A stretch of 64,000 bases of DNA, taken from contig NW_005434626.1 in assembly GCF_000315625.1 (NCBI RefSeq), positions 494,712-558,711 on the forward strand. The letters are read 5' to 3'. Each line of letters starts with the position of its first letter. Position 1 is the first letter of the stretch. The translations under genes were made by a program, and so were the position numbers. This DNA is from Guillardia theta CCMP2712 (Eukaryota; Protista; Cryptophyta). The notes beneath the pieces were generated by a model. It had not been told where the DNA came from, did no database searches, and saw only the letters and a list, made by a program, of their open reading frames with translations. Below are positions 1 to 10,722 of this stretch, in pieces.

Positions 1-194
1 CCAACTGTGTTCTTCATCTCCTTCATCCAGAGAACTGACCTAGTATGAGATAGCGTTTCTGTTCTCATGTGTGCTTATTGACGTTCATCTTGCAAGGTTG
101 ACGTTGGATACGTGGACTGTGAAGAGCAGCAACATACTTTCATGCAACCTGGGAAGTGAATTTCGTACCGAGATTCAACTTCCCCTCCATTTGT

Positions 195-1332
195 ATGGGT
201 GTGAGCAGCCAGCACGCCGAGTTTCAGCCTTCAAAGTCTGACAGGCAGGAGGCAGAGCTTCTTGTTCGGATAGACGCGCAGTCCCGGGAATCAAACGGCT
301 CCACGACAGGTCAATCCAGTCAGAGTGGTGACAAAGCACCACCTGCATACATGGACAGGTTTCTCGATGCCCTCCCTGGACCCATCCAGTTCACAGTCCT
401 TGCTTCTGCCGTCTTCATATTCTTCGGAGCGCACAACTACCTGCAGGAAGCGATCTCGAGGATGCAGGGGTTCGAGGGGTTGGGAAGCATCTTGGGCTAT
501 CTGGAGGTGATGGGCGTGATGGTTTGCTCCTTCTTCGAGCGGATGATGGTGGGAGAGAAGGGCAGGACAGTGAAGGCGATGAACTACATGAAGTTAACCA
601 TGTGCTTGCTGGGCACAAGCTACCTCAGCACTGTTGGCCTCAATTACATCAACTATCCCACCAAGGTGGTCTTTCGAAGCTGCAAGCTGATCCCAACCAT
701 GGGGGTTGCGCTCGTCATGCACCACGAGAGGTTTAGCATGGTCGAGGTGCTCTCAGCAGTGTGCGTGTGTGCCGGGCTCGCTATGTTCGCGTTTGCAGAC
801 ATGTCGGGGGAGCAGAAGGTCTCTACAGTTTACGGGATGTCCTTGCAGGCGCTGAGCGTCATAGCCGACTCCTTCCTGCCCAACTTCCAGCAAGCCTTGT
901 TTCGCCAGGGAGCGTCGACCTTGGAAGTGACGTACTACACCAACTTGTACGTCTTCGTCATCATGACCTTCCTGGGTGGAGGCACCGGCCACCTCTTGGG
1001 CGCGTACAACTTCATCCTCAGCAATGCATGGGCGGTGATGTACTTGACCATCTACACCATCGTCGCGTACGTTGCTATCAGCTTCCACATGCGAGTTGTC
1101 TCCCGGTATGGAAGCGTGATCGCTGTTCTCGTGGGCAACATTCGAAAGGTACCTTGTTGTTTCTTCCGCCTCGGTCTCTCACGCTTGTTCTCAGGCTGGC
1201 ACCATAGCGCTCTCCTTTCTGCTCTTTCCCAAGCCATTCTCATGGTTCTACGTTTACGGAACGCTCCTCGTGTTCGGGGGTCTCACTGCCACCGCTTACG
1301 TCAAGGATAGACGTAGGAGGAGTCAGAAGTAG
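195..1332 (+). CDS. UAA-family nucleotide-sugar/PAPS transporter (SLC35B3-like)
   Basis: Motif LNYINYPTKVVFRSCKLIPTM, many TM segments, ADSFLPNFQ. One short GT-AG intron near 1149-1194 gives C-terminus AGTIALSFLLFPKPFSWFY...RRRSQK* (TAG 1330-1332). Confidence 0.85.
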
Positions 1333-1702
1333 TGCGTGCTAGGTCGTCTCGGAGTTGCGACAGCTTCAGGTCCTTAGCGTCGGTTGCGCTCGTGTGTCAA
1401 GACGGCACTTGCCAACCTGACTTGTGATAGTGTGAAAGTTGAAGTCGAGCAAGAGTTTATCACCATGGTCGGATGCAAAAGGAGGAACATTTAGCATTTT
1501 GAAATACCAGGATTAAATTCGTTTGCCGACTTGCAACTTGCATCTGACATCTCTGCTTGCTTCTAACCTGACAGAGCTCATTATAGGAGTACTACTAGGC
1601 TATCAGTACCAGCGCCCCTCTACCCTGGTACTGGGCTAGAGGCGCTTTACTGTTACAGCCCTAGTACTGTACGTTAGGCCCTTCCATGGCGTCGGGTGGC
1701 CG

Positions 1703-3955
1703 ATGAGAAGGCGAGAAGAAGAAGGCGCGCGAGGGGTGACGAGGATGGCGATGAGGAGGAGCATGGTGGAGCCAACGATTGAGGACGCCAGGAGGATGCA
1801 GATGCTCTCCGCAGCCGCTCGATCCTATCGTCCTGCGTCCGCGCCCTCGTCCGCTGCGAGGCCCAAGGACAGGCGGGTGACGGGGAAGCAGGTGGAAGCG
1901 ACGGGGAAGAAGAAGGGGACGACCTCCTCGCAGAGAGAGAAGAAGGTCTTAGCTGTCAAGGACACGAGCCGTCATGGGCAGCAGCGAGTGGAGGAGAGGA
2001 GCAGCGCGTCTCGGCATCCTCCCCATCCCTCCTCCTTCCAAAGCCTGTCCCGCTCCATGCCCGCCAAGTCTCCGTGGTCCCTGCATGAGAAAGAGAAGCT
2101 GTGGAGACAGTCTGTGCCCTTGTCAGAGGACGCGAAGGCGCAGGATGGAGGGCGGAGGAGCAACCAGACGCCATGGCTGGATTCAACCTCTGCCGACGAG
2201 GAGTTCCTTCATAGAGCGTCAGGGTCCTTCATGCAACGTGAAGCAGCATGCAGCTCCTGCCGCGCTCTGACGCTGCTTGGCTAGGATCCTTCGATTCTTA
2301 CTTCCCTAACTTGTCTCCTCCTACTCTCGTCCAGGTTCGTCTCTGACGTCTGACCTGCGCTGAGCATGCGGACAGCAGGGAGGGGGGATGGACGACTCGC
2401 AGTCAGAGCAGTAGCTTTCGAGCTCCTGCGTCTCTCTCTGACCTTGTCTAGGTTGCGCCAAGAGCACATGATGAGCCACACGCTCAACGACGAGCTTGAC
2501 AAGCTGAAGCGAGAGTTTGATGACGTCGCCGCGCGCAACAGAGCTCTTCAAGACAGCATCTGCGTGCACATCGCCGGTGACAATAGCTCACCTCTCCTAC
2601 AGGCAGTGACAGTCAGCAGAGAAGGAAGAAGCCGTCAACAAGTTCAGAGACACCCAGCAGAAGCTCAGCAGCGTGAGAGCTCGTTGTGAGTCAAGAGGAA
2701 GCTGATGTGCTGCAGGAGCTCGAGAAGATGCAGAGGCAGGAGCAACGATCGAAGCAACACGAGCAGGAGATGCTTGAAGTCACTCGCATGCTGCGAGAGG
2801 AGCAGGAGAAGGTAACATACTTCGAGATCCCGCTCCCATCAACCCGTGAGGATACAGGTGCTACGATTGAAGACGACGATCGAAACTCTTGAACATGATC
2901 TGCAAGAGGTTGTGAATGCAAACTGTGGCTCATCCAAGCTCATATCTAAGTATTTGCATTGGAAGGTTTTGAAGGAGAAAGACAATAACATACATTCCTT
3001 GGAAAAGTCTCTTGCGAAGGAGAGAGGAGAGAACTCGTATCTCAAGAGCAACCTGCATGAAGTACACTCCTGCCCTTGTTTCGACTAGTCCTGAAGGATA
3101 TGTCAGACTGAACTCGCTCTGGGAGAAGAGAGGATGAAAATCTTTCACTTTGAGCACAAGATTATGGAGCAGGGGCAGCAGATCGAATACCTCAAGAGAG
3201 TTCGAGAGGAGCATCACAAAACCGAGAAGCAATTTCAAACACGAGAAACAGAATGGAACCAGAAGATGCAGGTGGGGCGAGAGAAAAGTTTACAACATGT
3301 TTGCAACATTTTCATTGCTGTCCAAACTAGACCTGAGAGGTTTTGTCAGCACATGGAGGAGAAGATATCAGAATACAACCTTGTGATCAGTCAGGTTGCT
3401 CTCTCCCGCCTCTTGCTCGCTGGTGCTGATGGATGGAACAGCTGAGGGAGACGATCGAGAGTCATAAGGATCAGGCGGCGGAGAAGAAGATACAGATTGC
3501 TCTCTTGCAGGTATCGCACACGTCATCGACGAGGACGTGACGTGTGTTCAAAGGAAAGAATCAGTTACGCTGACAAGACCATCGAAGATCTGCAGAACAA
3601 GCTCACCCTAGCGGAGACATCAGCCAAGGAGCAAGGTACCATGACACTTGAGCTCACCATTGCGCTGACAGACTGAATGACAGCACAGAAGGCAGAGAGG
3701 TTCTCACAGAGCGAACATTCGACCATGTATCAGATACGTGAGCTTCAGGACAAGCTCAAGGCACGCGAGACCTCTCGCAGCCGTTACTGACGAGGAGGCT
3801 GCTAGGACGCTCTGTTTGACGTCAAGTCAAACCATGAGGCCAAGGTCGTGCTGGAGGAGCACTCTCAGAACCTGCAGAGCGAAGTCGACGAGCTGCGACA
3901 TCTGTACGAACGCGAAGTGAAGAAAACCCGAGGTGACCATGCTGTTACTGCTGTT

Positions 3956-3991
<36 letters not shown>

Positions 3992-5124
3992 CCTCCTGCT
4001 CTCCCTCTTCCTCCACCTCCTCCTCCTCTCCTCCTCCTCCTCCTCCTCCTCCTCCTCCTCCTCCTCTTGATAATATCCAACGTGTTTCATGTAGATGCGC
4101 AGCAAGATTCCGATGAGAAGACGAGAAAGATAGAGGAGATGAAATCAGCTCTTGCTTCCCAAGAGTCCCTTGTTCATTCTCTCCGATCAGAGCTCGTACG
4201 AGCCTTTGGCTTGAGCTCCCCCTCCCCCTCCCCCTCCCCCTCCCCCTCCTTCTCCTTCCCCCCTCTATCCTCCTCCTCCTCCTCCGCCCCTTCACTATCG
4301 CCTCCAATGTGCCTGACCTGAAAGTATTTTTGCACTCCAGGACGAGCTAAGAAGCAGCAAGAAGAGCTTGGAGGATGAAAACAAGAGCCTGAGCCACCTC
4401 AAGCAGAACTTCCAAGACGTGCAGACGAAGCATGAGGTGCTTTCCTCTACCGCTGGGCCATGCGCGGAGACGTCTTGACTTTCTACTGTCCTTGTCTACA
4501 AGGTGACGGAGACAAAGTATCGAGCCCAGCAAGAGCTCTTGCAGAAGCAGTCGCAAGTACTTAGAGCACTGCAGGTCGTGCTGTTGTTTCCCAGCTCATG
4601 CACCTGATGAGAGGCCTCTGTTGCAGGAACGAGCGTCGTCGACAGAGCTCCAGCTGTCGTCCTTGAAGGTACAAGCCCCGTGGAGACGCTGCCGATGACG
4701 TCAAAGGCCTGCAGGGCGAGTACGATCAGTCGCGGGGGGAGTGCGAGAGCTTGCAGGAGCGGAGCAAGCGGATGGAGGAGGAGATGGCGCATGAGATCAG
4801 AGACTTGAAGGTGCTGCGAGTGAGAGCAGGACGAGCGTAACGCCATCCTGACAGAAGCAGCTTATGCTGCACAAGCGACGAGCCAACAAGGGCGCAGAGC
4901 TGAACAACCAGCTGCTGGGGCTGGTGACGAAGGTGCCTGACCTGAATCTCTTCGCCATGTCAAACTTGTCAGGCGATGGACGGCGACATGGATCAGGAGA
5001 CGCTGGAGGAGCAGCTGCAGCCACTGAAACTAAAATGAATCAACTGATACTCCACGTCGTTGACGCGAAACACCGGGAGGTTGTCAAAAAGTTCATTTGT
5101 TCGAAAAGATGGCGGGATGCGTGA
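1703..5124 (+). CDS. Multi-exon long coiled-coil protein, function unknown
   Basis: Chain of E/K/Q/L-rich heptad exons (DELDKLKREFDD, VLRLKTTIETLEHDLQE, LQSEVDELRHLYERE) separated by short GT-AG introns with CTGAC branch points. Confidence 0.65.
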
Positions 5125-5139
5125 GCTAGCTTACAAGGA

Positions 5140-7142
5140 TTAGACATCCTTGGCACAATAGTAGGGCTTGGGTTGCGAGCAGTCAGCATCTCCGATCTTT
5201 CCACGGAGAGCTCCAACTCCAAACACTTGCACGCAGTTCTCGCCCCCATCGCTCTTAGGATATCCCGCTCCCCACTGAGAGATGAGGAACATGATGTTCG
5301 ACTTGTCGACGTTGTACCACTCGTTTCCTCCGTCAGGCGATCTCTTCAAGCCGATCCAGAAGTCTTGCATGCGCATGCGATCGGAAACGGACTTGAGGTC
5401 AGACTGGCTGGCAGGGGAGTACACATGTCCTCCCCAGGCGTGGCACTTCATCTCGGCGATGTCGAACTTGTCAGGCTCAGTGTTGATCTGCAAGCAGAGC
5501 GTGTCGCCGATGGTCAACCATCCTCCAGCCCTGTCGCAGCGCACTTGGACAGACTCGGGGCCGAGTGGGCCGACTGAGCCTTCGGGTCCGGGCTTGCCCT
5601 CGTCACCCTGAGGGCCCACAGGCCCTTCAGGTCCACGGGGACCCTGAGGCCCTGGAGGTCCGTAGAGACCACGAGGACCCTCGACGCCAGGAGGACCAGG
5701 ATCACCCTCGGGGCCGGTGGGGCCAGGCTTGCCTGGAAGTCCGTCCTTGCCATCCTCTCCAGGAGCTCCGGGAGGTCCCTGCTCACCACGAGGACCATGG
5801 CTGTGCTCCTTAGTGACGATCTTCTTGCGAAGATTCTCGTCGTTCCACTTGAGCAGCTGCTTCATCTTGGAGTAGGCGTTGTCCTCCATAGTCTTCAGCC
5901 TGTCAACCCACATTCAATGATCTCACATCACTCGCACATTGACCACCTTTCGATTCTAGCCTCTGAGGCTTCGATTCTCTTATGATTCTCCTTCATGAAG
6001 TACTCCAACTTCTTGATTCTCTCGGCGTTACTATCATACCTGAAGAGAAGACGAAAGTCAACTCGTGCAAGACTATCACAAGATCTCACATTTTCTTGAA
6101 GATTTCCTTCAACAACATCTTGTTGCAAGCCTTTGTGCAGACGCCACCGGGGCACTTCAAGCAGCACGATGGGCAGGGGCTGGGCCTCTGCACGGAGATC
6201 GGGCCAGTGAAGCGAACAACAGTGGGTGGCTGCGCTGGAGGAGGAGGAACTGCCTTGATCTCAAGGTTCTTGATTGGGACTGGGGCAGGAGGAGGCAAGT
6301 TCAGGCTTCCACCGATCTGTTCGCGTCATGTCAGCTTCAACTCATCATCTCCTCGTGACTCACAGCAAACGCATTCGCTGGCTCGGCATCAAGCTGCTGA
6401 GCCTGTGCAGGAGAGATGGGGCTCAGCTGCTGCCAGTTCGCTGGAATCCCCTGAGTGGCTGTTTGATACTCGACAAGCTCTGAGGTCTGCAAGGACAAGA
6501 AGAGATCAGCTGATTTGAATTGCTTCTTAACAGAGAACAGATGGTGTATCGACGTCTAACAATGAAACGAACTTGCAGGCACAGAGCTGGGCTGGACGAA
6601 CAGTCGGGATGATTCAAGTATACATAAACTATACACCCTCCGAGACATCAAACATAACGAGGAAAAACAAAACATGCAGCAATGACAATTATCTTTTGAC
6701 AAACAGCAGTGTTGAGGTATACAAAGATCGCAACTTCAACATACCCACTACCTCTATCCACCCATGTCCCCCCGACATTCACAAAACTCACTCTTGAGGC
6801 CAAAAACAGCCAACCACACTCTAACGTGACTAATGACATCATGGTTATCATCAAGATCAAAACCCTTGTCAATCAACATCAACACGTCCGTGCTCCCACT
6901 ATAATAGCATACTGCTCCACCTAACTCCATTTCTTCCATATCGTCGAAACATCATCAACGGCAGATCAAACATTCATCCTAGTCATCCTAGTCATCGTCA
7001 AGGTTTTCCGCACCTTTGGGGTCGTCCTATTCATCGTGATGATCATCGCCATCACCAGCAGCGTCCCCGCGGCTCCCGCCGCCTTCGCCGCCATGCCAGC
7101 CATGGCTCTTCGCGAGACACCTCTTCCCGCGGGAACCCTCAT
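5140..7142 (-). CDS. Signal-anchored Pro/Cys-rich + coiled-coil + collagen + C-type lectin domain protein (collectin/scavenger-receptor-like)
   Basis: Exon 1 7142-7014 (MRVPAG...[23 protein letters not shown]), intron 7013-6487, then PPPAP and [17 protein letters not shown], heptad segment, 27 uninterrupted Gly-X-Y triplets, and a CTLD (A..KC..WGG, FWIGLK, ENCV, DADC..PKPYYC). Confidence 0.85.
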
Positions 7143-7571
7143 CCCCACTAAGTTCGATCCCTCATCCCCCCAACCTGTGCAACCACCCCCACCCCTTCTA
7201 TGACCCTCTACTTGAGGGAATTATGACCCCTACTTTGACTTCGCCCCTCATCTCCCCTAAGTCCCGAATGTATGTCTTTGGCCTGGTCTTTGGCCAGGTC
7301 TTTGCAGAGGTCTTTGGCCCTCATCCAGGCCCTCATCCCCACATTACCTTTGTCCCTCATCCCCTCCTACTCCCCTCCTCGGAAAGGGGTCCAGACTACA
7401 GGAAAATAAGGGGTAGCACTTGGGTAAAGAGGGGGTGGTGGTCGACAGATTAGAGATAAAGGGGTAGTGAGAAGAGAAATCGGGGGTAGGGGTGGATATA
7501 GGCAGCCCCTGTAGAACCTAAGTGAAAATGTTCATCGGAGAAGATTAATGGAGGCCAACGAGTGATGGCGC

Positions 7572-7572
<1 letters not shown>

Positions 7573-7607
<35 letters not shown>

Positions 7608-7624
7608 TGAGCAGCATGGGGAGA

Positions 7625-7721
<97 letters not shown>
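7573..7721 (+). repeat. (GGAGCA)n microsatellite
   Basis: Long, once-interrupted run of AGCAGG units. Confidence 0.95.
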
Positions 7722-8228
7722 TCACTGTGCTGGACAATAAGGGAGATGACGAGATGGCGATGGCGACGGTAATATCGATGAATAAGTGTATGGTAAGGGA
7801 GAGGGGAAGGGAAAGGCACTGAGGCCATCATGATAGAAACATGCAAGGGGATTCAAGCACTTGTGGAGGGGAGGTTGAAGAGCGGTCGCGAGCTGAAGTA
7901 TAGGAGGGAGATCAAGGCGATATGAGATGAAGGCAACATTCGAAATATTTGAATAGGAGACGTTTACATAGCCTTCCAGACATGATGGTGACAGACAGGC
8001 TAAACGAGTTGACATGGTGACAGACAGGCTAAACGAGTTGACATGGCAGGTGTAGCGCTGAGAGGTGTTTCCTGTTGGATTCCAGAGATCGCTTGCAAGG
8101 TCGAACAACAAGGGAGACATGAAGAGATGACAGCAAGCATCATGAACCAACATCTGCGTGCATGCACGTGTGCGGAGAGAATTGAGAAAGAGTGATGGAG
8201 GCGGGAGAAAGTTGTACATCAAACAGCC

Positions 8229-10140
8229 ATGTTGCAGACAGCAAGACAGTGCATTCTCCTTCTGCTCCTTACGATGTTGAACTGCTCGAACGTGCACACT
8301 GAGCTCGCAGACACTATGTTCGAGACCAGGTGCTACAGTTGTTGAGTTGCGTTGAGGAGGAGGTTTTACTGAGCTGGTTCCTGTCAGGATGTGGGGCAGT
8401 TTCGAGCATCGCAACCCGCACAACGTAGGAGATGTGTCTTCATTCTTTCGAATGAGGGACGAGGAGCTGGTGGATCTGCTTCAAAGAGATTCAGGATCGT
8501 GTGACTCCCTGTGAGTTCTCTATTGAGATGTTCATTCAAGTCTCATGTATGTCACCAGAGATCAGTCGCAAGATTGCTTCTCGTCGCAAAGTGCTCAGAG
8601 CGGGAGACCGAAAAATCGTTGCCATCACATCGGAGGTTGCAACAAGCGAGCCATCTTTGGCGATGTTCGAGGGAAAGGACTGTTCTGCGCGGAGCACAGA
8701 CACGAGTGAGACGATCGACCTCTGCTGGGCTTCACGTGAACCTGACATGACTGTAGGTCACACGTGGACTTGAACAGGAAGAGATGCAGGTCTTGTATTC
8801 CTCCTCCTCTACCTCTCTCCTTCCCTCCTTCCCTCCCTCCTCCCTCCCTCCTTGCTTCCTTTCCTCTTCCTCCTCTCTCCCCCTTGCTCACTCTTTCCCT
8901 TCTTGCTCCTCATTCACGTAGACGTCACGTTCACATTCAGAACAGGCATGCAGAAGGCTGCAACGAGTTTGCCAACTATGGTGACCAGCTACGAAACTCC
9001 AAACATGTTCAGTTCTGCAAGAGGCACAAGGAGATGGATCACAGCTCGACAAAGAGCTACTTGTGTAATTCACCAGGTTCTTGTTACCTTACAAACATTC
9101 CCCTCCCCTTCACCCACTGCCTCCTCAGCGTGTCCTTCTCCTTTCATCTCTCGTCACTCGCTTTCCTCCCTCACTCCTGGTTGTTTCCTCGTCCTCCCTC
9201 TCTGCCCTCTGAATCGTTTTATCCTGCTCCCATCTCGCTCTCCCCCATCCCCATGGTTGTCTCTTTGTTCTTCTCCCTCCCTCTTCTCCCTCTCTCTTCT
9301 CCTCCCTCCTCCCTCAGACTCCTTCTATCGCCTCCCTCTCTCTCTCTTCTCAATCCTCTGAACAAGGAGCTTCTAGGTTGCTGTCTTTCAGCAAGCTTCG
9401 GCCCGAAAGACACGAGAAGGCCCGTCACCTGCAAGAAACATTCGCAAACAAGTTTCGTGGACCTCCGACATGCATCATGCATCCATCACAACTGCACGAG
9501 GTGGGGGAGAGGAGGGGAGGAAGAGAGGGGGGAGGGAGGGAGAGGGAGGGAGAGGGAGAGGGAGAGGGAGAGGGAGTGAAGCAGCAGCAGCAGCAGCAGC
9601 ATGCTGCCGGGTTAGAGCTGACAGGCTCATGTAACGCAGGAGGGCATACTATGGGGAGCTCGGCAAGAGCGCGCAGACTTGCTTGCTGCATCGGCGGGAA
9701 AACTTCGTAGACCTGACATCGAAACTTTGTGAGCATGCGCGAGACGGATTGAGATGCGTGAAGCAAGCAAACTTCGGATGTCTCAGTGAACGAAAGAAGG
9801 TGAAGGAGGAGAGAGGAAAGATCTGCTGAGCTGACGGCCTGCTTGCTCGCAGCGGTTTTGCTCGAGGCACAAGAGGGTGGGGGATGTCGACCTACGGCTG
9901 CGCAATAGAACGGCAGTTGAAGTTCTGCTGGAAAAGGGGAGGGGACGAGGAGAGGAGGGGAGGGGACGAGGAGGGGAGGGGACGAGGAGGGGAGGGGACG
10001 AGGAGAGGAGGGGAGGGGACGAGGAGGGGAGGGGACGAGGAGAGGAGGGGAGGGGAGGGGAGGGGGTGAGATTGGAAGGGAGCGACGGAAAGAGCCCGAG
10101 GACAAGAAGCCACGAAATTTTGTACTCGAGATATAGTTGA
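8229..10140 (+). CDS. EsV-1-7-like cysteine-rich repeat protein with putative signal peptide
   Basis: Manual splicing gives MLQTARQCILLLLLTMLNC... then five repeats C-x(4-7)-C-x3-A-x-[FY]-G...C-x2-H...(VDL), e.g. RCHHIGGCNKRAIFGDVRGKGLFCAEH and SCIHHNCTRRAYYGELGKSAQTCLLH. Confidence 0.75.
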
Positions 10141-10479
10141 TTGACTGCAGAAACTCCAATAATGAGATGATAGAGAAAAAGGAGAGGGAGAGGGCGGAGA
10201 ACAGGACGCTGAACAATGAAGCACAAAGGAGGAGAAGAAAAGGATTGAGACGATTACACTCTTGAGTTTGTTTCTTCCAACATCTTGTTTTCTCAACATC
10301 TTTGTTAACTTACATACTCGCTCACATTCATATGGAAGCATCAAGCTGACATCCTTGCATACAATGAAGTTGAGATTCCTTCTGATCAAGATCTTTGCTT
10401 GTCGTTAAGGCTCACAAACCTTTTCCTCTACCGTCTCCTGTCCTGTCATAGGCTTCCCCTTCCCTTTCCCTCCCCTCCC

Positions 10480-10650
10480 CTCCTCTTCTCCCATCCCCTC
10501 CTCTTCTCCTTCCCCCTCCTCTTCTCCTTCCCCCTCCTCTTCTCCTGCCCCCTCCTCTTCTCCTGCCCCCTCCTCTTCTCCTGCCCCCTCCTCTTCTCCT
10601 GCCCCCTCCTCTTCTCCTGCCCCCTCCTCTTCTCCTGCCCCCTCCTCTCT
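10480..10650 (+). repeat. 18-bp tandem repeat (TTCTCCTGCCCCCTCCTC)n
   Basis: About nine near-identical units between convergent gene ends. Confidence 0.9.
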
Positions 10651-10722
10651 TTCGTCTCTCTCTCCTCGTCTCTCTCTCCTCGTCTCTCTCTCATGGCCGC
10701 CTTCTCTCGTCTTTCTGACGGT

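Noticed and set aside
7450-7846. Poly-L, (AP)n, (RS)n and (EQ)n ORFs
   Set aside because: Translations of the GGAGCA microsatellite
7986-8046. 29-bp direct duplication (also small duplications at 31075-31145 and 48790-48835)
   Set aside because: Local slippage duplications with no evidence of function
8229-10140. Endogenous giant-virus insertion
   Set aside because: Single intron-rich gene; no viral hallmark genes or intronless block nearby
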